A stretch of 64,000 nucleotides of DNA from Flavobacteriaceae bacterium (lineage in GTDB: Bacteria; Bacteroidota; Bacteroidia; Flavobacteriales; Flavobacteriaceae): positions 4,757 through 68,756 of the forward strand of contig JANSXN010000003.1 of assembly GCA_024742935.1 (NCBI GenBank), read 5' to 3'. The notes under the pieces were generated by a model that saw nothing but the letters and a program-made list of their open reading frames with translations, was not told the origin of the DNA and did no database searches. Within the stretch, counting starts at the first letter, position 1. Each line of letters starts with the position of its first letter. The translations under genes and the position numbers were made by a program. Of the stretch, positions 26,338 through 36,776 are shown one piece after another.

Positions 26338-28029
26338 CTAATTTTTCAAATCCCTCAACCGCAATTGAATGCTCGTGGTCCCATTCCAGGTATTTTCATC
26401 CAGTGAGTACACCGCTTTAAAAGGTTTTTTGTCTTTGATCAGGTCATAGTTGTCCCCCATTCCAAAACCAATGCCGGTAAAATTGGGGGAGTTGCCCTGC
26501 TTGATGACTACGCGCAAATGGTCTTCATTTTCACCCACCTTTTTGCTCCATCCTGTATCCTGCAGGTTTTGCGTGATAAAAACCGGAGTCATATTCCCGG
26601 GACCAAAAGGGGCAAATTGTTTTAAAACCCTGAAAAATTTGGAGGTGATGTCTTTTAAATCAATTTCAAGATCTACTGAAATCTCAGGGGTGAGTAGTTT
26701 TTTATCGATGGTTGCCTTGACAACATCTTCAAATTTATTTTTAAAATCCTCAAATTGTTCAGGCAACAAGGTGAGTCCCGCGGCATATTTGTGACCGCCA
26801 AACTGTTCCAGACAATCTTCACAGGCCTCAATGGCATTATACACATCAAAATGTTTTACGGAGCGCGCGCTGGCTGCTAATTTATCGCCACTTTTGGTAA
26901 AGACGAGGGTGGGACGGTAATAGGTTTCAGTCAATCGGGAAGCAACAATACCAATCACACCTTTGTGCCAGTGTTCCTGATAGACTACCGTTGTAAATCG
27001 TTCTTCTTCGCCGTTGGTTTTAATAAGTTCGAGGGCTTCTTCGGTGATTTCCCGGTCAGTTTCACGGCGGTCGAGGTTGTAGGCTTCTATTTCCTGAGCG
27101 TAAATTTTTGCTTGTTCGAGGTCTGTTTCAGTCATTAAGTTGACAGCGTGTTGCCCGTGCTTCATTCTTCCGGCGGCATTGATGCGTGGGGCAATGATAA
27201 AAACCACATCACTCACTTCCAGTGTGTCCTTTTTGAGTTGCTCAATAATCGCTTTAAAACCCGGCCGCGGATTGCTGTTAATTACTTTCAAACCAAAATA
27301 AGTCAGTACCCTGTTCTCCTCGGTCATTGGAACAATATCTGCGCCAATGGCTGTTGCAACCAGATCTAGATAGAGCATCAAATCATCGATGGTTTGACCA
27401 CGTCTTCCGGCAAGTGCTTGTATGAGTTTGAAACCTACACCACATCCGCAAAGTTCATCATAGGGATATGTACAATCTTCTCTTTTTGGATCCAAAATGG
27501 CTACTGCCTCAGGAAGATTTTCGCCGGGCCTGTGGTGATCACAGATGATGAAGTCAATGTTTTTTTCTTTCGCGTAAGCGACCTTGTCAATGGCTTTTAT
27601 ACCACAATCCAAAGCGATAATCAACGAAAAGTTATTATCTGCCGCAAAATCGATGCCCTGATAGGACACGCCATAGCCCTCTTCATACCTATCGGGAATG
27701 TAGGTCGCCACATTGGGATAATAGGAAAGTAAATAAGACGACATCAACGCCACCGAAGAGGTGCCATCCACATCATAATCACCAAACACGAGGATGTTTT
27801 CTTCATTGGTAATGGCTTGTTCAATGCGTTCCACTGCTTTATCCATATCTTTCATCAGAAAGGGATCGTGCAAATCCTCCAGCGACGGACGGAAAAACTT
27901 TTTGGCATCCTCAAAACTTTCCACGCCACGTTGCACTAGGAGTGTCGCAATGGTTTCATCAACCTGCAGGTCCTGAGCCAGGGTGCTTATTTTATTAGCT
28001 TCGGGTTTTGGTTTGAGGGTCCAATGCAT
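26338..28029 (-). CDS. recJ: Single-stranded-DNA-specific exonuclease RecJ
   Basis: GDYDVDG, DHH, PRINAAGR and FGGHKYAAG. Confidence 0.97.
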   Translation of the reverse strand: MHWTLKPKPEANKISTLAQDLQVDETIATLLVQRGVESFEDAKKFFRPSLEDLHDPFLMKDMDKAVERIEQAITNEENILVFGDYDVDGTSSVALMSSYLLSYYPNVATYIPDRYEEGYGVSYQGIDFAADNNFSLIIALDCGIKAIDKVAYAKEKNIDFIICDHHRPGENLPEAVAILDPKREDCTYPYDELCGCGVGFKLIQALAGRRGQTIDDLMLYLDLVATAIGADIVPMTEENRVLTYFGLKVINSNPRPGFKAIIEQLKKDTLEVSDVVFIIAPRINAAGRMKHGQHAVNLMTETDLEQAKIYAQEIEAYNLDRRETDREITEEALELIKTNGEEERFTTVVYQEHWHKGVIGIVASRLTETYYRPTLVFTKSGDKLAASARSVKHFDVYNAIEACEDCLEQFGGHKYAAGLTLLPEQFEDFKNKFEDVVKATIDKKLLTPEISVDLEIDLKDITSKFFRVLKQFAPFGPGNMTPVFITQNLQDTGWSKKVGENEDHLRVVIKQGNSPNFTGIGFGMGDNYDLIKDKKPFKAVYSLDENTWNGTTSIQLRLRDLKN

Positions 28030-28033
28030 GTGT

Positions 28034-28062
28034 AAATTCCAAATTTAAAAATTCCAAATTCC
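28034..28062. repeat. Degenerate 7-nt repeat array
   Basis: AAATTCC AAATTTA (A) AAATTCC AAATTCC on the + strand, i.e. TTGGAAT repeats on the coding strand between osmC-like and recJ. Confidence 0.55.
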
Positions 28063-28079
28063 AAAAACGGATCTTAAAA

Positions 28080-28502
28080 CTAAGATTCTATAAATTGTAT
28101 TTCAATTGTGACATCAGCAAATTTTCGGAACATTTCCATGACACCACAGTATTTTTCTACAGATAAATCTACGGCTTTTTTTAATTTGTCCTGGGGCAAG
28201 TTTCTTCCAAAAAACTGATACATCACGTTGACCTTGTTGTAATATTTGGGATGCTCCTCTGTGAGATCACCGGTGGTGGTGATTTGAAATTGATAGTTTT
28301 CAACTTTCATTTTGTTGAGGATGGAAACCACATCAAGCCCTGAGCAACCGGCCAAAGCCGAAAGCATCATGGCTTTAGGGGCCAGCCCTTTGTTTGTTCC
28401 TCCGTTTTCAATTGAAGTGTCAATTAATACACTATGCCCCGAGGGATTGTCTGATTCAAACAACAGGTTTTCTTTCCAAATGGTGGTGACGGTGTGGTTC
28501 AT
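28080..28502 (-). CDS. OsmC/YhfA family protein
   Basis: LAGCSGLD and EKYCGV two-Cys signature. Confidence 0.88.
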   Translation of the reverse strand: MNHTVTTIWKENLLFESDNPSGHSVLIDTSIENGGTNKGLAPKAMMLSALAGCSGLDVVSILNKMKVENYQFQITTTGDLTEEHPKYYNKVNVMYQFFGRNLPQDKLKKAVDLSVEKYCGVMEMFRKFADVTIEIQFIES

Positions 28503-28558
28503 GTCTAAAAAAATTCTTTAATTGTACTCATCAAAAATACAAATTAAACTCTTTAATT

Positions 28559-29149
28559 ATGGCATTAGTAACTCCTCTTTCGCCAGAGCATGACAAAGAA
28601 ACTCGTGAACTCGCAGCCTTTTTTAATGAGACGCTAGGGTTTTGTCCCAATTCGGTTTTAACTATGCAACACCGACCGGCAATTTCGAAAGCGTTTATCA
28701 ATCTCAACAAAGCGGTGATGGCTAATGAAGGCCGGGTCACATCTGCTTTAAAACGTATGATTGCCTGGGTGAGCAGCAATGCCACCGGTTGCCGGTATTG
28801 TCAGGCACACGCCATCAGAGCCGCAGAGCGGTATGGCGCAGAGCAGGAACAACTGGACAACATCTGGGAGTACCGCACCCATCCTGCTTTTTCAGAGGCA
28901 GAAAGGGCAGCGCTGGATTTTTCACTCGCGGCCTCGCAAGTGCCCAATGCCGTTGATGAGTCTATGAAAAAGCGACTTTACGAACATTGGAATGAAGGCG
29001 AAATCGTGGAAATGCTGGGAGTAATTTCGGTCTTTGGCTACCTCAACCGCTGGAATGACTCGATGGGAACTACCATTGAAGAAGGTGCTGTGGAAAGTGG
29101 TGAAAAGTATTTGGGCAAACACGGATGGGAAAGCGGGAAGCATCAATAA
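28559..29149 (+). CDS. Carboxymuconolactone decarboxylase / AhpD-like peroxidase
   Basis: CRYCQAH (CxxC) and the ERAALDF helix. Confidence 0.85.
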   Translation: MALVTPLSPEHDKETRELAAFFNETLGFCPNSVLTMQHRPAISKAFINLNKAVMANEGRVTSALKRMIAWVSSNATGCRYCQAHAIRAAERYGAEQEQLDNIWEYRTHPAFSEAERAALDFSLAASQVPNAVDESMKKRLYEHWNEGEIVEMLGVISVFGYLNRWNDSMGTTIEEGAVESGEKYLGKHGWESGKHQ

Positions 29150-29150
29150 A

Positions 29151-29822
29151 TTATGATTTCCCTGCAACCACCACCACAATTTCGCCTTTAGGTGGTTTTG
29201 AAGTATAGTGTTCCAAGACCTCTTTGACGCTTCCGCGAATGGTTTCTTCATGCAGTTTTGAAATTTCGCGGGAGACAGAAATTTTTCGGTCCTCACCGAA
29301 AAAGTCTGCAAAATTTGACAAGGTTTTTAAAAGTTTGTGGGGAGATTCATAGAAAATCATGGTGCGGGATTCTTCAGCGAGTGCGAGCATTCTGGTTTGG
29401 CGTCCTTTTTTAACGGGAAGAAAGCCTTCAAATACAAATTTATCATTTGGCAAGCCGCTGTTGACCAATGCGGGCACAAAAGCTGTGGCGCCCGGCAGGC
29501 AATCCACTTCAATACCGGCCTCAATACAGGCACGAGTGAGTAAAAACCCCGGGTCGCTAATGGCGGGCGTGCCGGCATCACTGATTAATGCAATCGTTTT
29601 TCCGGCTTTGATTTGATTGACGATGTTTTCAACGGTTTTATGCTCATTGTGCATATGGTGAGAATACATCTGCGTGGGAATATCTAAGTGCTTCAGTAAT
29701 TTACCGCTGGTTCGGGTGTCTTCAGCAAAAATAAGATCCACTTCCTTAAGAACCCTAACTGCCCTGAAAGTCATATCTTCCAGATTACCAATGGGCGTGG
29801 GTACTAAATAGAGTTTTGACAT
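29151..29822 (-). CDS. rsmI: 16S rRNA (cytidine1402-2'-O)-methyltransferase
   Basis: PTPIGNLEDMT, EDTR, SDAGTPAISDPG and ESPH. Confidence 0.96.
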   Translation of the reverse strand: MSKLYLVPTPIGNLEDMTFRAVRVLKEVDLIFAEDTRTSGKLLKHLDIPTQMYSHHMHNEHKTVENIVNQIKAGKTIALISDAGTPAISDPGFLLTRACIEAGIEVDCLPGATAFVPALVNSGLPNDKFVFEGFLPVKKGRQTRMLALAEESRTMIFYESPHKLLKTLSNFADFFGEDRKISVSREISKLHEETIRGSVKEVLEHYTSKPPKGEIVVVVAGKS

Positions 29823-29829
29823 CCGTTAA

Positions 29830-30594
29830 TTAATCAAATCGTTTTTCAATAAGCATTATAAATCGCTCAACATGTACCTCTTTTCCTTGCCAGTTGTAAT
29901 CGGGCTTTACACTTGTCTCTATAAAATTCTGAGCTTCCCTAAAGCTGTTTAATGTGGTTACTTGTGAAATCACACGATTGTAATCATCTGCATTTCCATT
30001 AAAAAGATGTTTTGTGAGTGAAAGACGGTCATTAAGACCAATTTGCAGGTTTTTAGTAAGCCTGTCGTTAAGGGATTTTGGTTTTAAATCACCTTTTACA
30101 TCCTGTTTTGATTCCTGTTTTGGATTCTCTTTTGGTTCTTCTTCCTTGATGGTTTCCTGTGATATCTTAATTTCTTTCCTCTCAAAAGTGGGCGTTTGCT
30201 GATATTGTGATGCAAAATCTTCCAGTTCACTGGCAGATGCTGTTTTCTTTGGTAATATTTCTTCTAAAATCTCATCAATTCTATGAGTTTCAGAAGGCAT
30301 TTGCGCCACAATATCCTTAATTTTTTCAATTAAGGGCTCGGCAAGATTATCTGAGTGTTTGGGTTGTTCAACCGGTTTGGGTTCGTCGTTCTGACGCTTT
30401 GCGTAACTGTTAGAGTCCATTGCTCCGTTTTTAGCTTCAGGCTCTTTTTGATTTTCTTCCAGATACAATTGGACAGTCAAGGCATCATAGAGATTCTTTG
30501 TTTTTTCCTGAAGTTGTTCCAAAGAGGAAAACTCTTTATTCTCTAAAATTTCTGCTGCAAGTTGCCTTAATTGCTCCTCAATCTTCTTCTTCAT
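29830..30594 (-). CDS. Hypothetical protein with a disordered middle and a helical C-terminal domain
   Basis: Long clean ORF 7 bp upstream of rsmI; IGLNDR...LF...YN..I motif at the C-terminus. Confidence 0.75.
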   Translation of the reverse strand: MKKKIEEQLRQLAAEILENKEFSSLEQLQEKTKNLYDALTVQLYLEENQKEPEAKNGAMDSNSYAKRQNDEPKPVEQPKHSDNLAEPLIEKIKDIVAQMPSETHRIDEILEEILPKKTASASELEDFASQYQQTPTFERKEIKISQETIKEEEPKENPKQESKQDVKGDLKPKSLNDRLTKNLQIGLNDRLSLTKHLFNGNADDYNRVISQVTTLNSFREAQNFIETSVKPDYNWQGKEVHVERFIMLIEKRFD

Positions 30595-30695
30595 AACTTT
30601 TTTATTTTATTTCGATAGCGCGTTTTGTTTTTTATAAATTTACGTTTCCGTAATATAACGGTTTTGATATTAATTTTCGCATTGAAAAGTACAAA

Positions 30696-31334
30696 ATGTT
30701 TCTCGAAAATACAGTAAATCACAAAGAGCAATTTGGCTGGATTGAAGTCATCTGCGGTTCGATGTTTTCCGGTAAGACTGAAGAACTTATCAGAAGGCTC
30801 AAGCGCGCCCAGTTTGCAAAGCAGCGCGTTGAGATTTTCAAACCCGCTCTTGATGTGCGTTATGATGACGAGATGGTGGTCTCACATGACAGTAATGAGA
30901 TTCGCTCCACACCGGTTCCGGCTGCGGCAAATATTCCTATACTGGCAGACAATTGTGATGTGGTGGGGATTGATGAAGCACAGTTTTTTGATGACGAAAT
31001 TATAAAAGTATGCAACGATTTGGCAAATCGCGGCGTGAGGGTTATTGTTGCAGGTTTGGATATGGACTTTAAAGGCAATCCCTTTGGACCTATGCCGGCA
31101 TTAATGGCAACAGCAGAATATGTGACTAAAGTTCACGCCGTCTGTACACGCACCGGAAATCTGGCACAATACAGTTTTAGAAAATCCAAAAATGACAATC
31201 TGGTGATGCTTGGGGAAACAGACGAATATGAACCGCTGAGCAGAGCCGCTTATTATAAAGCAATGCTGAACGAAAAAATAAAAAAACTAAACGTCAAAGA
31301 CCCCGAAATTATCACTACTAAAAAGTCTTCCTGA
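30696..31334 (+). CDS. tdk: Thymidine kinase
   Basis: [16 protein letters not shown] and YEPLSR. Confidence 0.96.
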   Translation: MFLENTVNHKEQFGWIEVICGSMFSGKTEELIRRLKRAQFAKQRVEIFKPALDVRYDDEMVVSHDSNEIRSTPVPAAANIPILADNCDVVGIDEAQFFDDEIIKVCNDLANRGVRVIVAGLDMDFKGNPFGPMPALMATAEYVTKVHAVCTRTGNLAQYSFRKSKNDNLVMLGETDEYEPLSRAAYYKAMLNEKIKKLNVKDPEIITTKKSS

Positions 31335-31337
31335 TTT

Positions 31338-32444
31338 ATGCCTAAAGCTACTGAAACGACACTGGAAATCAACCTGAATGCATTGACTCATAACTTTACT
31401 TACCTCAAATCAAAGTTACAACCCGGTGTGAAATTAATGGGCGTTGTCAAAGCGTTTGCTTATGGAAGCGATAGTGTGGTTATCGCCAAAAAACTGGAAC
31501 AGTTAAAAATAGACTATTTAGCAGTGGCTTATGCTTCAGAAGGTGTTGTTTTGAGAGATGCCGGCATCAAATCACCTATTTTAGTTTTACACCCACAAAC
31601 GGTAAATTTTAACAAGATTGTTGACCGCTGTTTGGAGCCGGGGATATACTCCCCTTTAATGTTGAAGCGTTTTATCGCTTTCGCCGAAAGTTTAAACCTC
31701 CAAGATTACCCTATTCATATAAAGATAAATACAGGTATGAACCGCATTGGATTTGCCCCTGAAGAAGCCTCGTCAATCACGGAAATTTTAAAACAAACAA
31801 CAGCCGTCAAAGTAAAATCCATTTTTTCTCACCTCGCAGCCAGTGAAGATGTTGCAAACAAGGCTTTCGCCGAAAGGCAAATCAAACTATTTCAAAAAAC
31901 ATCTGATGATTTAATTAGTGAATTGGGATATGCACCCCTGAGACATACATTGAATACATCGGGAATTCTCAATTTTCCTGAAGCTCAATTTGATATGGTG
32001 CGCAGCGGGATAGGTCTTTACGGTTTTGGAAACGACGCCAATGAAAATAAAAATTTAGAACCCGTAGCCTCTTTAAAGACTATTATTTCACAGATTCATC
32101 ACATCAAAAAAGGAGAAAGTGTGGGTTATAATTTTGGGTTTATTGCCCCAAAAGACAGCGTTACAGCCACCTTGCCCCTTGGGCACGCAGATGGTATTCA
32201 CCGCGGTTATGGAAAAGGAAAAGGTTTTGTTACCATCAAGGGGGAAAAAGCGCCTATGATTGGCAATATTTGTATGGACATGCTTATGGTTGATATCACG
32301 GATATTGATTGCAATGAAGGTGATGAAGTGCTTGTTTTTGGGAAATCTACAACCGCCGAAGAATTTGCTGAAACTATAAACTCCATTTCTTATGAAGTCA
32401 TAACAGCCATTTCACAACGTGTAAAAAGAATTGTGATCGACTAA
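31338..32444 (+). CDS. alr: Alanine racemase
   Basis: PLP lysine in VVKAFAYG; HIKINTGMNRIG, GHADG and CMDM. Confidence 0.95.
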   Translation: MPKATETTLEINLNALTHNFTYLKSKLQPGVKLMGVVKAFAYGSDSVVIAKKLEQLKIDYLAVAYASEGVVLRDAGIKSPILVLHPQTVNFNKIVDRCLEPGIYSPLMLKRFIAFAESLNLQDYPIHIKINTGMNRIGFAPEEASSITEILKQTTAVKVKSIFSHLAASEDVANKAFAERQIKLFQKTSDDLISELGYAPLRHTLNTSGILNFPEAQFDMVRSGIGLYGFGNDANENKNLEPVASLKTIISQIHHIKKGESVGYNFGFIAPKDSVTATLPLGHADGIHRGYGKGKGFVTIKGEKAPMIGNICMDMLMVDITDIDCNEGDEVLVFGKSTTAEEFAETINSISYEVITAISQRVKRIVID

Positions 32445-32492
32445 ATAAAAATTACTATATTCGATACTATCAAACTTTAAAACCCTATAAAA

Positions 32493-32900
32493 ATGTTCAA
32501 AGAATTTAAAAACTTTATTATGACCGGCAATGTTATCGACCTTGCCGTTGCGGTAATTTTAGCCGGTGCCGTAGGTCTTGTCGTCAATGGCTTTGTTGCT
32601 GATGTAATGATGCCCATCGTGGGTCACTTTGCCGGCGGCATGGACTTTGCAGATTTGAAAGTAATTCTCTCTGATGCAGTTGTAGCAGCAGATGGCTCTA
32701 TCACTAAACCGGAAAATGCGATTAGATATGGTGCCTGGATTAATGCACTTATCAATTTAGTAATCGTTGGATTTGTTTTGTTTATGATTGTAAAAGCATA
32801 CAACAAAACAAAAAAACCAAAAGTAGAAGCACCCGCAGCTCCAAAGGGCCCAACGCAAGAAGAGTTGTTAGCAGAAATAAGAGATTTATTGAAGAAATAA
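32493..32900 (+). CDS. mscL: Large-conductance mechanosensitive channel
   Basis: FKEFKNF..GNVIDLAVAVI and LLAEIRDLL. Confidence 0.96.
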   Translation: MFKEFKNFIMTGNVIDLAVAVILAGAVGLVVNGFVADVMMPIVGHFAGGMDFADLKVILSDAVVAADGSITKPENAIRYGAWINALINLVIVGFVLFMIVKAYNKTKKPKVEAPAAPKGPTQEELLAEIRDLLKK

Positions 32901-32924
32901 TCCCGCTCACTATATATTCTAACT

Positions 32925-32956
32925 AAAGCCACTTGTCAAAAACAAGTGGTTTTTTT
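32925..32956 (+). terminator. Terminator after mscL
   Basis: AAAGCCACTTGT/ACAAGTGGTTTT stem followed by a T-run. Confidence 0.78.
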
Positions 32957-33059
32957 ATTTAATATTTAACCTTTTTAAGTTGGGTTCTTTTTAACTTTGC
33001 AAGGCTGTTGAAAAGCAGGGTATTTATAAATAAATTAGGAGTTTAATTAATGAGATACC

Positions 33060-33079
33060 TCCCCAAGAAGGCTTGGGGA
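33060..33079. repeat. GC-rich hairpin in the asd leader
   Basis: TCCCCAAG-AAGG-CTTGGGGA, a perfect 8-bp stem 12 nt before ATG 33092; TAACTTTG promoter box at 32992-32999. Confidence 0.45.
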
Positions 33080-33091
33080 CGGGTGATAGGT

Positions 33092-34081
33092 ATGAGAATA
33101 GCAGTAGTAGGTGCCACCGGAATGGTAGGCGAGGTTATGCTTCAGGTACTTGAAGCGCGAAATTTTCCCATTACAGAATTGATGCTTGTCGCGTCTGAAC
33201 GCTCTGTGGGCAAAAAGTTAACTTTCAATGAAAAAGAACATACCGTTATTGGTTTGCAAGCTGCCGTAGACGCAAAACCGGATATCGCGTTGTTTTCTGC
33301 AGGTGGCGAAACTTCAAAAGAATGGGTGCCAAGATTTGCAGCAGCCGGAACCACTGTTATTGACAACTCCTCTGCATGGAGAATGGATCCTTCAAAAAAA
33401 CTCATCGTTCCTGAAATAAACGCTTTGCAATTAACAAAGGAAGATAAAATCATTGCCAATCCTAACTGTTCCACCATTCAAATGGTGCTGGTCTTATACC
33501 CGCTCCACAAAAAATATGGTGTAAAACGTGTTGTAGTATCTACCTATCAATCCATCACAGGCACCGGTGTGAAAGCAGTAGAGCAATTGCAAAACGAAAT
33601 GAAAGGCATTAAAGGCGACATGGCTTATCCATACCCCATTCATCAAAATGCCATCCCGCAGTGTGATGTTTTTGAAGAGAACGGTTATACAAAAGAAGAA
33701 ATGAAGCTAGTGAGGGAAACACAAAAAATCCTCAACGACAGAAGCATTGCTGTTACCGCAACGGCTATTCGCATCCCGGTTGTAGGAGGCCACAGTGAGT
33801 CTGTTAATATTGAGTTTGAAAATGAATTTGATGAAAGCCACATAAGAACTTTGCTACATGATACCCAAGGAGTCACTGTTCAAGACAACACAGACACAAA
33901 CACCTATCCTATGCCCATTTATGCCAAGGGAAAAGATGATGTTTTTGTGGGGAGAATTCGTCGTGATTACTCAAAGGAAAACTCCTTAAACCTTTGGATT
34001 GTGAGTGACAATCTCAGAAAAGGTGCTGCAACAAATGCAGTGCAAATAGCTGAATACCTTTTAAAAGCCCAACTTGTCTGA
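33092..34081 (+). CDS. asd: Aspartate-semialdehyde dehydrogenase
   Basis: GATGMVG, NPNCST (catalytic Cys), GHSE and DNLRKGAATN. Start moved to 33092. Confidence 0.96.
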   Translation: MRIAVVGATGMVGEVMLQVLEARNFPITELMLVASERSVGKKLTFNEKEHTVIGLQAAVDAKPDIALFSAGGETSKEWVPRFAAAGTTVIDNSSAWRMDPSKKLIVPEINALQLTKEDKIIANPNCSTIQMVLVLYPLHKKYGVKRVVVSTYQSITGTGVKAVEQLQNEMKGIKGDMAYPYPIHQNAIPQCDVFEENGYTKEEMKLVRETQKILNDRSIAVTATAIRIPVVGGHSESVNIEFENEFDESHIRTLLHDTQGVTVQDNTDTNTYPMPIYAKGKDDVFVGRIRRDYSKENSLNLWIVSDNLRKGAATNAVQIAEYLLKAQLV

Positions 34082-34169
34082 GAATTAGGTTTTTGTAAGA
34101 AGCTGTAGTTTGTAATCTGAAATGAATTTTTTATCTTTCCACTACAATACTAACCAAAACCTTCTTCCT

Positions 34170-34544
34170 ATGAATTCAACATTTACTAAAATCATTCGGT
34201 TTTTACTGGCAGTTATTTTAATTTTAATTGGTCTGAACAAGTTTTTAAACTTTATTCCGGCTCCGGCCATTCCTGAGGATGCTTCTCAATTTATGGGCTC
34301 ACTCAAAGCAACCGGGTATATTCTTCCGGCTCTTGGGGTTATCGAAATTGTCATTGGGTTACTTCTTCTATTAAATAAGTGGGTGGCTTTTGCGGTTTTA
34401 GCTTTGATTCCCATTTCAGTAAATGTGTTGCTTTATCATTTATTTTTGGATATTCCCAGTATTGGAATAGCTGCTTTAGTGGCAGTGATTAACTTTATTT
34501 TAATTTATAAACTTTGGCCAAAATATAAACCCCTCTTTCATTAA
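34170..34544 (+). CDS. DoxX family membrane protein
   Basis: GLNKF, EIVIG and PISVN...YH; about four TM helices. Confidence 0.8.
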   Translation: MNSTFTKIIRFLLAVILILIGLNKFLNFIPAPAIPEDASQFMGSLKATGYILPALGVIEIVIGLLLLLNKWVAFAVLALIPISVNVLLYHLFLDIPSIGIAALVAVINFILIYKLWPKYKPLFH

Positions 34545-34592
34545 TACTTATTCTACATTTTAGTAAGTTTGTACTTATTTAAACCTTCAAAC

Positions 34593-36719
34593 ATGAAAAA
34601 TATTTTTTTAGTTGTTTTTTCTTTGGCTCTATTTATGGGTTGCAAAGAAGAAAACAAGAGAACTGCTATGACTTTAGAATATCCTGATACAAAAAAAGTT
34701 GATACTGTTGACGCCTATTTTGGAACAGAAGTTCCTGACCCCTACAGATGGCTGGAAGACGACTTATCTGATGAAACAGCTGCCTGGGTAAAAGCCCAAA
34801 ACGAAGTTACTTTTGGATTTTTAGAAAAGATTCCTTTTAGAAACGAAATCAATAACCGCCTTACCGAGCTTTGGAATTATGAAAAGGTGAGCGCCCCATT
34901 TATTGAAGGTGATTACACCTATTATTACAAGAATGACGGTCTGCAAGATCATTATGTTGTTTATCGCGAAAAAGAGGGCAATGAAGAAGTATTTTTGGAT
35001 CCAAATTCCTTTTCTGAAGACGGAACCACATCTCTTGATGCTTTACGGTTTTCAAAAAGCGGAAAACTTGCTGCCTATTCTATCTCTGAGGGTGGAAGTG
35101 ACTGGAGAAAAGTAATTGTAATTGATGCAGAAACCAAAGAACAAATTGGCGATACACTGGTTGATTTAAAATTCACGGGAATTGCCTGGAAAGGTGAAGA
35201 AGGGTTTTATTATTCTACTTACGAAAAACCCAAAGGAAGTCAGCTTTCTGCCATGACAGACCAGCACAGACTTTTTTACCACAAACTAGGTACAAAACAA
35301 AGTGAGGATCAAGTTGTTTTTGGAGAAATTGACAGCCAAAAAGCGAGATATATCTGGGGAGACGTATCTGAGGATGGCCGTTTTCTTTATATTTCAAGAT
35401 CCATATCAACAAGTGGTAATGAATTATACCTTGTTGATTTAGAAAGTACAGATAAAAAAATAGTTCCCGTTATTTCCGGATTTGATAACTCAACCTCCGT
35501 TCTAGATAATGAGGGAAGCAAACTTTTTATACAAACCAATCTGGATGCGCCTAATGAAAAGGTCGTCACTGTTGATGCTTCAAATCCATCTCAAGAAAAT
35601 TGGACAGATTTAATTCCTGAAACTGAAAATGTTTTAAGTCCGTCAACCGGAAGCGGCTATCTGTTTGCCCGCTATATGGTGGATGCTGTTTCAAAAGTTT
35701 TACAATATAATTTTGATGGAACTTTAATTCGCGAAGTAGAACTACCCGGTGTGGGAACTGCAAGTGGTTTTGGTGGAAAAAAGGATGCAGAAACTATGTA
35801 TTACTCCTTTTCAAATTACAACACTCCCGGAAGTATTTATACTTATGATGTGGAAACCGGTGCCTCTGCAGTTTACTGGAAGCCCGAAATAGATTTCAAC
35901 ACTGATGAATTTGAATCAAATCAGGTGTTTTATACCTCAAAAGATGGCACAAAAGTACCCATGATTATTACGCATAAAAAAGGATTGGACCTCAACGCTA
36001 AAAACCCAACCATTTTATACGGTTATGGCGGGTTTAATGTTAGTATGAGACCCGGCTTTTCTATTGTAACTGCCGTTTGGCTTGAGATGGGTGGTGTATA
36101 TGCTGTGCCAAACATAAGAGGTGGTGGAGAATATGGAAGAAAATGGCATGACGCTGGAACCAAACTCAACAAACAAAATGTGTTTGATGATTTTATAGCA
36201 GCTGCAGAATATTTGATAGATAGGAACTATACCTCATCAGATTATCTCGCTGTTAGAGGTGGTTCAAACGGTGGTCTTCTTGTGGGAGCAGTAGTTAATC
36301 AGCGCCCTGAACTCTTTCAAGTAGGAATTCCTCAAGTGGGCGTTATGGATATGTTGCGCTATCACACTTTCACTGCCGGAGCAGGTTGGGCTTATGATTA
36401 TGGAACTGCAAATGATAGTGAAGAAATGTTTCAATACTTAAAGGGTTATTCCCCATTACATAACATAAAAGAAGGTCAAAATTATCCTGCCGTTATGGTG
36501 ACCACTGCAGATCACGATGACAGGGTGGTACCTGCTCATTCATTTAAATATGCAGCAGAATTACAGTCAAAAGAAACAGGAGATGCTCCCAAATTAATTC
36601 GAATTGATGTAGGAGCCGGTCATGGTGCCGGAATGCCTGTTTCAAAAATAGTAGACCTTCATACAGACATTTTTGGATTTATTCTATATAATATGGGATT
36701 TGATGAGCTACCTCAATAG
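34593..36719 (+). CDS. Prolyl oligopeptidase (S9A), lipoprotein
   Basis: Lipobox FMGC, DPYRWLE, GGSNGG (Ser), DHDDRV (Asp) and AGHG (His). Confidence 0.95.
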   Translation: MKNIFLVVFSLALFMGCKEENKRTAMTLEYPDTKKVDTVDAYFGTEVPDPYRWLEDDLSDETAAWVKAQNEVTFGFLEKIPFRNEINNRLTELWNYEKVSAPFIEGDYTYYYKNDGLQDHYVVYREKEGNEEVFLDPNSFSEDGTTSLDALRFSKSGKLAAYSISEGGSDWRKVIVIDAETKEQIGDTLVDLKFTGIAWKGEEGFYYSTYEKPKGSQLSAMTDQHRLFYHKLGTKQSEDQVVFGEIDSQKARYIWGDVSEDGRFLYISRSISTSGNELYLVDLESTDKKIVPVISGFDNSTSVLDNEGSKLFIQTNLDAPNEKVVTVDASNPSQENWTDLIPETENVLSPSTGSGYLFARYMVDAVSKVLQYNFDGTLIREVELPGVGTASGFGGKKDAETMYYSFSNYNTPGSIYTYDVETGASAVYWKPEIDFNTDEFESNQVFYTSKDGTKVPMIITHKKGLDLNAKNPTILYGYGGFNVSMRPGFSIVTAVWLEMGGVYAVPNIRGGGEYGRKWHDAGTKLNKQNVFDDFIAAAEYLIDRNYTSSDYLAVRGGSNGGLLVGAVVNQRPELFQVGIPQVGVMDMLRYHTFTAGAGWAYDYGTANDSEEMFQYLKGYSPLHNIKEGQNYPAVMVTTADHDDRVVPAHSFKYAAELQSKETGDAPKLIRIDVGAGHGAGMPVSKIVDLHTDIFGFILYNMGFDELPQ

Positions 36720-36776
36720 CTTAATTAACTGAACTTTTAAAACGTTCTGACTTTTAAAGTGATGTAATGATGACAA

